Shown: positions 20,434 through 30,028, counted from the first letter of the stretch. The stretch: DNA of 64,000 bases from Nibricoccus sp. (GCA_047602425.1 JASGHG010000001.1:3360001-3424000), one strand, 5' to 3'. Program-made: numbers and translations. The notes: generated by a model not told the origin, from the sequence alone.

Positions 20434-21258
20434 ATGGCGGAATTTCACGGGCATCTTTCGCTAAGCGCTGAAGCGCGTGACAACGGTCGGACGGTGCTTG
20501 CGCGGCAGTCGTTTCGCGCGCCGTTTCATTTGAGCAAACCGTATTGGGACGGACACGCGTTGATCGTGCAGGTGGTCAACCCAACCGCTGGCATTCTTGA
20601 GGGCGATCGCTTGGATTCGGAGATAGCGATAGGTTCGGGTGCGTCGGTGCTGATGACGAGTCCGAGTGCGAGCCGGGTGTTTCAAATGCGCGGTGGCGAA
20701 GCGGAATGCCGGCAGCAATTCACCGTCGCGGATGGCGGATGGTTGGAATTCATGCCCGAGCCGTTGGTGCTGCACAAAGGTTCGCGTTACCGACAGCGCA
20801 CGGATATCGCTGTCGCCGCGGGCGGAGAAATTTTCTTTGCGGATTTGCTCATGCCTGGGCGTATCGCTCGGGGTGAAAAATGGGCTTGGGAAAAGTTGCG
20901 ACAGGAACTGACGTTGCGGGTGGCCGGCGCGTTGATCTTGCGGGAACGACTCGATCAGAGCGGGCCCGAATTGAAGGCGCTGGCGTCACTGGCCGGAGTG
21001 GGCGAAGGCGCGTGTTTTGCGAATGTTGTTTTCGTTTCGCCGCGATTGAAAGAGCGAGGCGATTGGCACGAACAAATTGGCATTTTGCACGGTGACGGCG
21101 TATGGGCCGGGCTGAGTCAATTGCGCGGCGAGTGTGGCGGGTGGAGCTTGAAACTGATCGCGCCGGACAATGTGGCGTTGCGTGCGGCGATGAAACGAGT
21201 GAGACAAATTTTGACGGCGGTATTGCCGCGGCTCGCGAGCGATCCCCGCAAGTTGTAA
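20434..21258 (+). CDS. ureD: Urease accessory protein
   Basis: PFHLSKPY, NPTAGILEGD, SPSASRVF, LEFMPEP and PGRIARGE motifs. Confidence 0.92.
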   Translation: MAEFHGHLSLSAEARDNGRTVLARQSFRAPFHLSKPYWDGHALIVQVVNPTAGILEGDRLDSEIAIGSGASVLMTSPSASRVFQMRGGEAECRQQFTVADGGWLEFMPEPLVLHKGSRYRQRTDIAVAAGGEIFFADLLMPGRIARGEKWAWEKLRQELTLRVAGALILRERLDQSGPELKALASLAGVGEGACFANVVFVSPRLKERGDWHEQIGILHGDGVWAGLSQLRGECGGWSLKLIAPDNVALRAAMKRVRQILTAVLPRLASDPRKL

Positions 21259-21274
21259 GGTACGCGAAGGCTCG

Positions 21275-21469
21275 TCACTTATGGCCGAAGCCAAAACGAA
21301 AAACGAGAGCGCTGGCGCCCATCGCCAGCAGGAAAAGGAAGATGGGCGAATCATAGCCGGAACGGAAATCCCAGATAAGATCGAGGCCGTCGCTGCCGGG
21401 CGGAGCGGCGGCCAACAGCGGACACGAAAAGGCCGTTGAAGTTGGGAGAAGGCGGGTGATTTTTTTCAT
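21275..21469 (-). CDS. Small putative membrane protein (64 aa)
   Basis: ATG start (MKK), fills the gap between rph and ureD, C-terminal hydrophobic helix. Confidence 0.35.
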   Translation of the reverse strand: MKKITRLLPTSTAFSCPLLAAAPPGSDGLDLIWDFRSGYDSPIFLFLLAMGASALVFRFGFGHK

Positions 21470-21522
21470 GCTGCAATTTTCAGCATATCGTGCGCCAACG
21501 CCCGCGGACCGAACGGTGCGGA

Positions 21523-22278
21523 CTAACCGAGTTTCAGGGAACCGAGCAGATTTTTTGTCAGAAACGCAGTCTGGATGGCGGAAAGTTCCTTCAGTCCTTT
21601 TTGGGCGACGCCGAGCAGTTGCTGGTGTTGTTCCTGGCTGAAGGTTGCTTCTTCGCCGGAAACCTGCACTTCAACGAACTGGCCCTTGCCGGTCATGACG
21701 ATATTGGCGTCGACTTCGGCGTCCTTGTCTTCGACATAAGCGAGGTCCAACAACTCTTTGCCATCGACAAGGCCGACGCTCACGGCGGCGACGGAATCGA
21801 CGAGGGGATTCTCGGCGAGCTTTTTTGCATCGAGAAGTTTTTGAATGGCGAGGCGGGCGGCGAGGTAGGCGCCGGTGATGGAGGCCGTGCGGGTGCCGCC
21901 GTCGGCCTGGAGAACGTCGCAATCGATCCAGAGCGTATTTTCGCCGAGCTTCTGAAGATCGAGCACGGCGCGGAGGGAGCGGCCGATGAGGCGTTGGATT
22001 TCCACCGTGCGCCCGTCGAGTTTGCCTTTGGCGATATCGCGCTGTTTCCGATCGAGCGTGCTGTAGGGAAGCATTGAATACTCGGCGGTGAGCCAGCCTC
22101 CCTTGACGCCCTGCTGGCGCATCCAGGTGGGAACCTTGGGTTCGATGGTTGCGGCGCAGATGACGCGGGTGTTGCCGAAGCCGATCAAAACGGAGCCGGT
22201 GGCATACGGCGCAAAGTTGGCTTCGAGCGTGATGGGTCGGAGTTGATCGGGACGGCGGCCGTCGGTGCGGGTGGACAT
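21523..22278 (-). CDS. rph: Ribonuclease PH
   Basis: [25 protein letters not shown] and [16 protein letters not shown] motifs. Confidence 0.97.
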   Translation of the reverse strand: MSTRTDGRRPDQLRPITLEANFAPYATGSVLIGFGNTRVICAATIEPKVPTWMRQQGVKGGWLTAEYSMLPYSTLDRKQRDIAKGKLDGRTVEIQRLIGRSLRAVLDLQKLGENTLWIDCDVLQADGGTRTASITGAYLAARLAIQKLLDAKKLAENPLVDSVAAVSVGLVDGKELLDLAYVEDKDAEVDANIVMTGKGQFVEVQVSGEEATFSQEQHQQLLGVAQKGLKELSAIQTAFLTKNLLGSLKLG

Positions 22279-22321
22279 TTAAAAGTTTAAGTCGGAAGTT
22301 TAAGTTGAAGCTAAGCGTGGC

Positions 22322-23329
22322 TCAGCGTTCGCGTTCGTCGGTGTTGGCTGGCGAACCGAGGCGGATGGTTTTTTCAGGGACGGCGGATTGCTGGGCCATG
22401 AACTCAATGAGGCGGTCGTTGAAATCCTTCGCGGGATCGTGGCCGGTTTTCTTCAACGCTTGGGTGAGTGCTGCGACTTCGACGAGACGGGCCATGTCGC
22501 GGCCGGGGCGAACGTAAAGGATGATATGGGGGATGCGCAGACCGAGGATTTCGTAATAATTTTCCTCGAGACCGGTGCGTTCCTCGACGGCATCGGGCGT
22601 CCATTCGAAGAGGGAAACGACGAGGTCGATGCGCTTTTCGACCCGGATGCTGCGCACGCCAAACATTTCGGAAATGTTGATGATGCCGATACCGCGGCAC
22701 TCCATGTAGCCGCGGTTGAGCGGCCTGGAGCTGGCGATGAGTTCGCGTTCGTCGAGTAGTTTGATGACAGTGAGGTCATCCGCGACGAGCGAGTGGCCGC
22801 GCTCGATCAGGGCGAGCGCGCATTCGCTTTTACCCACACCACTCGATCCCCGTAAAAGCGTGCCGATGCCGCGAATGTCGAGCATGGTGGCGTGTTCGGT
22901 CGAGGAAGGAGCGAATTCATTGTCGATGCACAGCGTGGCGAGGTTCACGTAGTTCATCGTGATCATCGGTGTGCGGAAGAGCGGGAGATTGCGGTCCTGC
23001 GCGACGGCGAGCATCGCGGGCGTGGGATTGAAATTGCGCGTGAGCACGAGGCAGGGCACCTGGCGGTCGGCCATCTCGTTCATGATTTCAACCTGCTTGG
23101 GTTGCGCGAGCATCTTGAAATAGGTCATCTCGGCCGCACCCAAAACTTGAATGCGTTTGTTCGCGAAATACTTGAAGAAACCAGTGAGCGCGAGCGAGGG
23201 CCGGTTGATGCTTCCCTCGCGGATCAAGCGGTGCATGCCGCTGTTGCCAGTGATGAGCTCCATTTTGAGCTTTTCGCGATAGGACTCAAAAAAGTGGGCA
23301 ACGGTGATGCCTTGGATGGCTTTCGGCAT
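22322..23329 (-). CDS. hprK: HPr(Ser) kinase/phosphatase
   Basis: GSSGVGKSECAL.LIERGHSLVADD and MECRGIGII motifs. Confidence 0.96.
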   Translation of the reverse strand: MPKAIQGITVAHFFESYREKLKMELITGNSGMHRLIREGSINRPSLALTGFFKYFANKRIQVLGAAEMTYFKMLAQPKQVEIMNEMADRQVPCLVLTRNFNPTPAMLAVAQDRNLPLFRTPMITMNYVNLATLCIDNEFAPSSTEHATMLDIRGIGTLLRGSSGVGKSECALALIERGHSLVADDLTVIKLLDERELIASSRPLNRGYMECRGIGIINISEMFGVRSIRVEKRIDLVVSLFEWTPDAVEERTGLEENYYEILGLRIPHIILYVRPGRDMARLVEVAALTQALKKTGHDPAKDFNDRLIEFMAQQSAVPEKTIRLGSPANTDERER

Positions 23330-23413
23330 GGAAGAAGAAGACTAGAAAGACGGAGGAGACTTGGGAGACGAGAAGAAAGGAAATCGAAAGAGGGGAAGAC
23401 AGAGAAAGAGGCC

Positions 23414-24190
23414 TTACATATTGAAGTCTTCGCCGAGGTAATATTTGCGAGCTTGCGGATCGTTGATGAGAAATTCGCTGGTGCCGTCGGTGAGCACCTT
23501 GCCTTTATGAATGATGTAAGCGCGGTCGACGATCTTCAGTGTTTCACGAACCTGGTGGTCGGTGATGAGAATGCCGATGCCGCGATCCTTGAGCGTGAGC
23601 ACCATCTTCTGCACGTCGGCGACGGAAATCGGATCCACGCCCGCGAAAGGTTCGTCGAGGAGGAGGAATTGCGGATTGGTGACCAGGGCGCGGGCGATTT
23701 CGAGACGGCGACGTTCGCCGCCGGACAAGGTGTAGGCTTTTTGTTTGGCGACGTGCGTGAGGTTAAGTTCTTCAAGGTGGCGTTGCACGCGGGCGGCGCG
23801 GTCGCGATGCGGAATGCCGATCGTCTCGACAATGGCCAGGATGTTTTCCGCGACTGTGAGTTTGCGGAAAGTGGACGCTTCCTGTGGAAGATAACCGACA
23901 CCGAGGCGGGCGCGCTCGTGCATGCGGAGACGCGTGGCGTCATTCTCCTTGATGAAGACCTTGCCCTTCGTGGCGGGGACGAGGCCGACGATCATGTAAA
24001 ACGTGGTGGTTTTCCCTGCGCCATTGGGCCCGAGGAGACCGACGATTTCACCGGCGCGCACGCGGACATCGACGCCGGCGACGACGGTGCGTTCACCATA
24101 AATTTTCACCAAGCCGCTGGTTCGGATTTCCGCGGTGAGCGGAGGCGGGTTGACGGCTGGGCCGGGGGCGGGGGCGCGACGGTCGCTCAT
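23414..24190 (-). CDS. lptB: LPS export ABC ATPase
   Basis: GPNGAGKTTTFYMIVG, YLPQEAS.FRKL, LSGGERRR and DEPFAGVDP motifs. Confidence 0.96.
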   Translation of the reverse strand: MSDRRAPAPGPAVNPPPLTAEIRTSGLVKIYGERTVVAGVDVRVRAGEIVGLLGPNGAGKTTTFYMIVGLVPATKGKVFIKENDATRLRMHERARLGVGYLPQEASTFRKLTVAENILAIVETIGIPHRDRAARVQRHLEELNLTHVAKQKAYTLSGGERRRLEIARALVTNPQFLLLDEPFAGVDPISVADVQKMVLTLKDRGIGILITDHQVRETLKIVDRAYIIHKGKVLTDGTSEFLINDPQARKYYLGEDFNM

Positions 24191-24828
24191 TTTTTCGCCG
24201 GGGTTGGAGGCGTGGTCGTTTGTTTGGGCGACGGTGTTGGGACAGTCGGAGTCGGAGCCGGAATGGTTGTCGACGGGGGCAGGGAAGGCGGCGGAGAATC
24301 CTTGTCGTAGCTGAGATTTTTGATGGCGGGTCCGGTGATTTTGACGTTCGAACCCGTCACGCGACGCTGCCCGCGCTGCAGTTCGAGATAGTCGCCCGTC
24401 GTGGTCCAGGGCCCTGAGTTGTCGATAACAACCGGTTTTTCGTAGAGAATGATTTTATCCTCGCGCGGGTAAACCTCGGCGCGGCCGCAATGGGCTTCGC
24501 GTTCGCCTTGCACAATGTGGACCTTGCCGACGGCGATGAGCGATTTGAATTTTTCAAAGGTGCCGATGGTGGCTTTCTTGTCGCCGAGGCGCTCGGCGAG
24601 GACGTCGAGACGGTCGCAGGTGAGCTTCATGTCCGTGCCGGTGACCGTGACATTGCCGGTGAAAATGGCGTGTTCTTCCGTGCCCGTTTCGTTGCTCCAC
24701 ATTTCGAGCTTTTGGGCGGTGATTTCGGTGGGTGTCAAAGGCGCCGCCGCTTCCTGCGCCAGAAGTGCGAGGGGTGTGACTGCGACGCCGAGAACTAGAC
24801 AGAAGAGTGAGAGGCGCGGGAATTTCAT
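24187..24828 (-). CDS. lptA: LptA/OstA-family LPS transport protein
   Basis: Signal peptide; beta-jellyroll repeats (FTGNVTV, AVGKVHIVQG); lies between lptC and lptB. Confidence 0.85.
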   Translation of the reverse strand: MKFPRLSLFCLVLGVAVTPLALLAQEAAAPLTPTEITAQKLEMWSNETGTEEHAIFTGNVTVTGTDMKLTCDRLDVLAERLGDKKATIGTFEKFKSLIAVGKVHIVQGEREAHCGRAEVYPREDKIILYEKPVVIDNSGPWTTTGDYLELQRGQRRVTGSNVKITGPAIKNLSYDKDSPPPSLPPSTTIPAPTPTVPTPSPKQTTTPPTPAKK

Positions 24829-25283
24829 TTGAGAATATTGCCGATGTTGAGGGTGCGGAAGACAACCTTCACATTGTTCTCGATGACAACGTGGCGGTTT
24901 TTCTTTTCGTCGGTTTCGAAAGTCCATTGGACGCCGGCGACGTCGAGATCGTCGCGGACGATGCGAACGCCTTCAGCACCTTGGACCTTGTAGCGTTTCT
25001 GGTTGAAAAACACGCTGGCAGTGGGCGCGAGCAAAGAAGTCTCGGCTTGGTTGGAGCCGTCCGGCTTGAAAATTATATACTGCATCGCCACGAGGTCGAT
25101 TTGGTTGTCGTTGATGCGGCGAGCTTCGTTGCCACGGAGGAGGCTGATGCGGTTACCGTCATCGTTCAGCTCGGGGAGCTTGAAATTGATAATGGGCGCG
25201 TTGGCCGTTACGGCTGTTGGTTGGGCTTCGCACAGCAGCGGACTGAGCGCAAAGAGGAGAAGCGTGAAGGCGCGCAAGGTCAT
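24825..25283 (-). CDS. lptC: LptC-like LPS export protein
   Basis: Position kdsC-X-lptA-lptB; hydrophobic N-terminus; beta-rich, ending in IENNVKVVF. Confidence 0.7.
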   Translation of the reverse strand: MTLRAFTLLLFALSPLLCEAQPTAVTANAPIINFKLPELNDDGNRISLLRGNEARRINDNQIDLVAMQYIIFKPDGSNQAETSLLAPTASVFFNQKRYKVQGAEGVRIVRDDLDVAGVQWTFETDEKKNRHVVIENNVKVVFRTLNIGNILK

Positions 25284-25798
25284 GGAGCGAAGGTTAGACC
25301 TTTGGCGGAGGCAATTTGTTCGCACACTTCGCGTGCAGCGCCGAAACCCCCGGCGCGTGTGGTGACGTGACGAGCCGCCTCAAGGACGTTGGGCATGGCG
25401 TTGGGGACGGCGATGCCGATGCCGGCCCACCGGATGGCGGAAATATCGATGGTGTCATCGCCAATGAAAGCACACTGTTCGGCGATCAGGCCGAGTTGCG
25501 CGGCGAGTTCCTGGAGGGCGGCGCCCTTGTCGACGCGGCCTTGAATCACGTGGGCGATTTTCAGTTCGTTGGCGCGGGCTGTGGTCGAGCCGGAGGCGCG
25601 GCCGGAAATCCAGGCGATTTGCACGCCTGCCCGGGCCAGGCGCACGAGACCAAAACCATCAAGTATGGAAAATTGTTTGGACTCGGTGCCATCGGACGAA
25701 ATGGAAACTCGCCCGTCGGTCAGCACGCCGTCGACGTCCATCGCCAGCAGTTGGATCTTTGCCCACTCGGATTTTGAAGGTGTGTTTCCTTTGAACAT
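25280..25798 (-). CDS. kdsC: KDO 8-phosphate phosphatase
   Basis: MDVDGVLTDG, ISGR, FIGDDTID and GGFGAAREVCE motifs. Confidence 0.92.
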   Translation of the reverse strand: MFKGNTPSKSEWAKIQLLAMDVDGVLTDGRVSISSDGTESKQFSILDGFGLVRLARAGVQIAWISGRASGSTTARANELKIAHVIQGRVDKGAALQELAAQLGLIAEQCAFIGDDTIDISAIRWAGIGIAVPNAMPNVLEAARHVTTRAGGFGAAREVCEQIASAKGLTFAP

Positions 25799-25804
25799 GA
25801 GCAA

Positions 25805-27838
25805 TCAGCCGATCCAGGCGGCGATTTTTTCGATAATACCGTCGCGCGTAGGGCGGAAGGCGTGTTCCAACTCGGGCGCAAACGGCACGGGCAGGTCGAG
25901 CGAAGCGATGCGCAGCGGCGGTGCTTCGAGCGAGAAGAAAAGTTCCTCGGTTAGGCGCGCAACGAGTTCGGCGCCGAAGCCGTGGGTGCGCCGGCCTTCG
26001 TGTACGACGACGAGGCGGTGGGTGCGCGCCACCGAAGCGCGGATTGAATCTAGTTGCAGCGGCGAGAGGCAGCGCAGGTCGAAAAGGTCGAAGGTTTTCT
26101 CGTATTCACCCGTCAAATACTCGCAAGCCTCCTCGACGAGGTGAACCATTTCGCCATAGGTAACAACCGTGGCAAAATCGCCGGCGCGCACCAAACGCGG
26201 TTGCCAGACGGCGCGGTAATTCGGGTCCCAAACGACGGGGCGTTTGCCGCGACGGTACAGGGCTTTGTGCTCGAAGAGCATAACCGGGTTGTTGTCTTCG
26301 TAGGCTGCAAGCGTGGCGTTGAAGGCATCTTGGGGTGTGCTCGGATAAAGCGCCTTAATGCCGGGCATCGAGAGGAAGAAGGACTCCAACTCCTGCGAGT
26401 GGAAGGAGCCAAAGGTCAGACCGCCACCGCACGGCATCCGGAGAACGAGCGGAACCGCCGCGCCGGACCGAAAATGATAGGTCGCGGCATTTTGGGTGAT
26501 CTGCGTCGCGGCCTCGGTGGAGAAATCGGCGAATTGGAATTCCTCGATCGGGCGATGGCCGTTGAGGGCAAGGCCGATGGCATAACCGGTGCAGGCGCTT
26601 TCGGCGAGCGGTGTATTGAAAACACGACTACGGCCGAATTCCTTGTAAAGGCCGTCGGTGACCTTGAAGGCGCCGCCATATGTGGCGATGTCCTGGCCGA
26701 GTAGGAGCGACTCCATGCGTTCGGCAAGGATCTTGCGCAACGCGGCGTTGATCGCTTGAGCGGTATTGAGTGGTTCGGCTGTGGCCGGTGTGGGTTTCCA
26801 AACAAACGACTCGGGAGTGGCGGGGGCAAAAAGGTCGAGCTCCATGCCCGCCGGATTGGGCCGCGGCGTGGCGAGCGAAACCTTGATGCAGGCTTCAAGA
26901 AATTCCGAGAGCTCGGCGTCGAGCGCGTCGATGGCCTTGGCATGGCCGGCGGCGACGAGTTGAGCGCGAAATTTTTGGAGGGGATCGAGGGCTTGGATGG
27001 CGTCGAGCTCGCCGGGTTTTAAGTAGTCGCAGGTGTCGTACGCGGCATGGCCGCGGAGTCGTTGAACATGTGCCTCGATCAAAATGGGGCGCGAAGTGGA
27101 ACGGACTTTTTCTATGGCGGTGGCGAGTGTTTTGGCAGTGCCAGGCACATCGCCGGTGTCGACTGAAAAACCCTCGATGCCGTAGGCGGCGGCGCGTTGA
27201 AAGAGTTCGACGTTGGAAAACTGTTCGCTGACGGGAGTGGAATAAGCGAAGCGATTGTTCTCGATGATGAAGATAACGGGCAGGCCGAGCAGCGAAGCGA
27301 GATTGAGCGACTCGTGAACGTCGCCGGTGCTGGAACCACCGTCGCCGAATGCGGCAAAACCGACAGCGGGTTTGCCGAGACGGCGTTGTGAGTCGGTCGA
27401 GCCGAGGACATTGGAAAGCATCGAGCCAAGGTGGCTGATCATCGGCAGGGACCGGGCCTTCGGATCGCCGCGATGAATGTTGCCCTCGCGCGCTTTGGTG
27501 GGGCTATCGGCGTTGGCGAAATATTGATTGAGGTGACTACAGAGATGACCGCTCCAAATAAGATGTCCGGCAAGTCCGCGGTGGGTGAAGGAAACGACGT
27601 CGTTGGACTTGTCAGCGAGCAGCGCGAGGGGAACCCAGAGTCCTTCGCTGCCTTGGCCGCCGGTAACGGTGCCTTTGATCAGGCCTTGGCGGAAAAGTTC
27701 GAGGATGCGATTGTCGGCGGTCCGCGCGAGTTGCATCCATGCGTAAATGCGCAGGAGAGCGGTGGCTGGATTTTGGGCGAGCTCGGCCCCACGAAGATCG
27801 TGTTGCGCGAGGATGGCGGGAGGTTTTGGAAGAGCCAT
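25805..27838 (-). CDS. 2-oxoacid dehydrogenase E1, fused alpha and beta subunits
   Basis: TPP motif GDGGSSTG...ENN, RLRGHA, GQDIATYGGAFKVT, NTPLAES, FHSQ; about 677 aa. Confidence 0.92.
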   Translation of the reverse strand: MALPKPPAILAQHDLRGAELAQNPATALLRIYAWMQLARTADNRILELFRQGLIKGTVTGGQGSEGLWVPLALLADKSNDVVSFTHRGLAGHLIWSGHLCSHLNQYFANADSPTKAREGNIHRGDPKARSLPMISHLGSMLSNVLGSTDSQRRLGKPAVGFAAFGDGGSSTGDVHESLNLASLLGLPVIFIIENNRFAYSTPVSEQFSNVELFQRAAAYGIEGFSVDTGDVPGTAKTLATAIEKVRSTSRPILIEAHVQRLRGHAAYDTCDYLKPGELDAIQALDPLQKFRAQLVAAGHAKAIDALDAELSEFLEACIKVSLATPRPNPAGMELDLFAPATPESFVWKPTPATAEPLNTAQAINAALRKILAERMESLLLGQDIATYGGAFKVTDGLYKEFGRSRVFNTPLAESACTGYAIGLALNGHRPIEEFQFADFSTEAATQITQNAATYHFRSGAAVPLVLRMPCGGGLTFGSFHSQELESFFLSMPGIKALYPSTPQDAFNATLAAYEDNNPVMLFEHKALYRRGKRPVVWDPNYRAVWQPRLVRAGDFATVVTYGEMVHLVEEACEYLTGEYEKTFDLFDLRCLSPLQLDSIRASVARTHRLVVVHEGRRTHGFGAELVARLTEELFFSLEAPPLRIASLDLPVPFAPELEHAFRPTRDGIIEKIAAWIG

Positions 27839-27954
27839 GTCCGCGAAAACGCTGAGCGGGTAGAGCGGGGTGCGCAAGCGCGAGATTTTGGGCCAGTCAG
27901 GGCTGGCTACGGCCTCTGGGGGGCACGCCTTCCTCAGCCGGAGGGCAAAATTGA

Positions 27955-28638
27955 TTAAAATTCCAACGCCTCGCCTGGTTTTAGCGCGTGCGCGACATGG
28001 CCCCGGGCAGTGGCAAGACTGACGAAGCGCAGCGGATCCACGCGGATGTTTTCGAAGGTATTGTAGTGCATGGGCAGCGCTTGTTTTGGCGTGAGGAGAT
28101 CGAGGGCGTCGACGGCGTCGTCGATGCCCATCGTATACCAATCGCCAATGGGCAGAAGCGCCAGATCGAGGTTGGCGCGACCGATGAGGCGCATGTCGGA
28201 AAACAACGCGGTATCGCCCGCGTGGTAGATTTTCTTGTCGGCTATGGTGACGAGAAAACCTCCGGGCGTGCCGAGCGGAAGATTGCGGCCGGCGGGTTGT
28301 TCGAGTGCGGAACTGTGAATGGCCGGGGTAAGTTTTACACGCCCAAAGGGGAGAGCAATGCTGCCTCCTTGCATCGGATCGAATGTTTCAGCGCCGAGCT
28401 CGGCGAAATATCGGGCAAGTTCGTAAGGAGCGACGATAGGCGCGCGGTTACGACGCGAGATCTCCAATGCATCGGCGCAGTGGTCTTCATGCGCGTGGGT
28501 GCAAAGAATAAAATCGCAGCGGACGTCAGCGGCGCGGATCGATGCACTGGGATTGCCTTCCAGCCAAGGGTCGAAAAGCAAGCGGTGCGACCCGGTTTCG
28601 AGCAGAAAGCAGGAATGGCCGAACCAAGTGATACGCAT
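27955..28638 (-). CDS. Metallo-beta-lactamase-fold hydrolase (UPF0173-like)
   Basis: WFGHSCF, THAHEDH, YHAGDT and PMHYNTF motifs. Confidence 0.92.
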   Translation of the reverse strand: MRITWFGHSCFLLETGSHRLLFDPWLEGNPSASIRAADVRCDFILCTHAHEDHCADALEISRRNRAPIVAPYELARYFAELGAETFDPMQGGSIALPFGRVKLTPAIHSSALEQPAGRNLPLGTPGGFLVTIADKKIYHAGDTALFSDMRLIGRANLDLALLPIGDWYTMGIDDAVDALDLLTPKQALPMHYNTFENIRVDPLRFVSLATARGHVAHALKPGEALEF

Positions 28639-28650
28639 AAAACGGACGGC

Positions 28651-29145
28651 TCAGTAGCGATCCATGATCTGATAAAACAGCCAGTAGGTGCCCACCGTGA
28701 CGAGGGCCGAGGCGGAGGCTGCGGCGATCTGCGTCTCCTGCATGGGAGGAAAATAAAAATATGCGCCCCAGATGAGACCGTTCAAGAGCACCACGGAAAA
28801 AAGAAAGTCACGTCGCCGCCGATTGGGCAGGCTTTTGAGCTTTTTGCGCGGCACCTGGGCCTCGGCCGCGGCGTTTTCCAGGAGAATTTGGTCCACTGAG
28901 ATGGTTTCGGTATTCGTTTCCTCGACCACCTCGATCTGTTTGGCTTTGAGCGAAAGGCTCTTCTTTTGCGGAAAAAACCTGGCAAGTAGTTCGGGTATTT
29001 CCCGCACGGCTTTCCAATCCTCCGTGCCCTCCGGTGCAAGCTGGGCGTCGGCGTCGAAAACGCGAACGGAGGCCATTTCTTCGAGAGCGGCATCGCTGAA
29101 GGGACCAGTTATTTTTTCACCAACTTTGAGGCGGAAGCGGGGCAT
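28651..29145 (-). CDS. GYF_2 (DUF4339)-like domain membrane protein
   Basis: N-terminal GPFS..ALEEM......DAQLAPEGTEDWKAVREIPEL pattern; two C-terminal TM helices. Confidence 0.7.
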   Translation of the reverse strand: MPRFRLKVGEKITGPFSDAALEEMASVRVFDADAQLAPEGTEDWKAVREIPELLARFFPQKKSLSLKAKQIEVVEETNTETISVDQILLENAAAEAQVPRKKLKSLPNRRRRDFLFSVVLLNGLIWGAYFYFPPMQETQIAAASASALVTVGTYWLFYQIMDRY

Positions 29146-29167
29146 GGTATTTGGAGACAGGCAAATA

Positions 29168-29632
29168 CTAACCTGTTGATCCTGATGGCTGCAAACCGAG
29201 TTTTTTGGCGAGACGGCAAAGCTCGGATTTTTCATCCGCCGTCAAAACTGCAAACTCAGCGGCGATGCGAGCGGCGACCTTCGGGAAAAGTTTTGCGATC
29301 AGGCCGCGGCCGCGCGGTGTGAGGCTGACCGTAATGAAACGCAGGTCGTCGGGTTGACGCACGCGTTTGATCAGCCCGGCCTTCTCAAGATTGCTGATCA
29401 CGAGTGTGAGATTTGCGGTGCTTTTCAGAAGTTTGGAGGCGAGCGACCCCTGACAAAGCGGCCCGAGATGGAAAAGCGTTTCCAAAACGGCGAACTGCGT
29501 AACGGTTAAATCGGCCGGAAGCGTTTCATGCACACGCGAAGTGACGGACTCAGTTGCGCGGCACAATTTAATGTACGCATCCAAGGAGGCGATTTCAGCC
29601 GGAGATCCTTGATAATGCGTAGGCATGTCCAT
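29168..29632 (-). CDS. MarR-family transcriptional regulator
   Basis: LTVTQFAVLE, NLTLVISNLEKAGLIKR...DDLR...VSLTPRG winged helix. Confidence 0.93.
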   Translation of the reverse strand: MDMPTHYQGSPAEIASLDAYIKLCRATESVTSRVHETLPADLTVTQFAVLETLFHLGPLCQGSLASKLLKSTANLTLVISNLEKAGLIKRVRQPDDLRFITVSLTPRGRGLIAKLFPKVAARIAAEFAVLTADEKSELCRLAKKLGLQPSGSTG

Positions 29633-29893
29633 ACGGAATCCCCGAATAGTTCGATGTCAAACCATCGGCGCGCTTGCCCGTTAAGAGACGGCCCCGCGCA
29701 AACTTTTTGAGGAACCTTGCGTTCGCCAAATCCCGAACGATCCAAAGTAAGTAAACGAAAACGAAGAACCGCTTTTACCCCCAAAAGAATAATGCTCATC
29801 GCTCAGCCACACCACCTGCAACAGAGGTGCCAGCTTTGTTAACCAACCGGGAAAAATCCCAAGCGGGGTTTACCGCCGGGAGGCCGAAATACC

Positions 29894-29918
29894 GTTTGTC
29901 ATCTAATGGATGACAAAC
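29894..29918. repeat. Perfect 10-bp inverted repeat
   Basis: GTTTGTCATC-TAATG-GATGACAAAC. Confidence 0.6.
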
Positions 29919-30028
29919 AGGCTGGTTTCCCCGAGCTAACGTTTCGAGCAAACATTTCGGTCGGCGTTTGATGCGACTGGGCGACTGGAATTAGGACGCG
30001 GGACGCCGCCGTCGACGAGCCCACCGAC

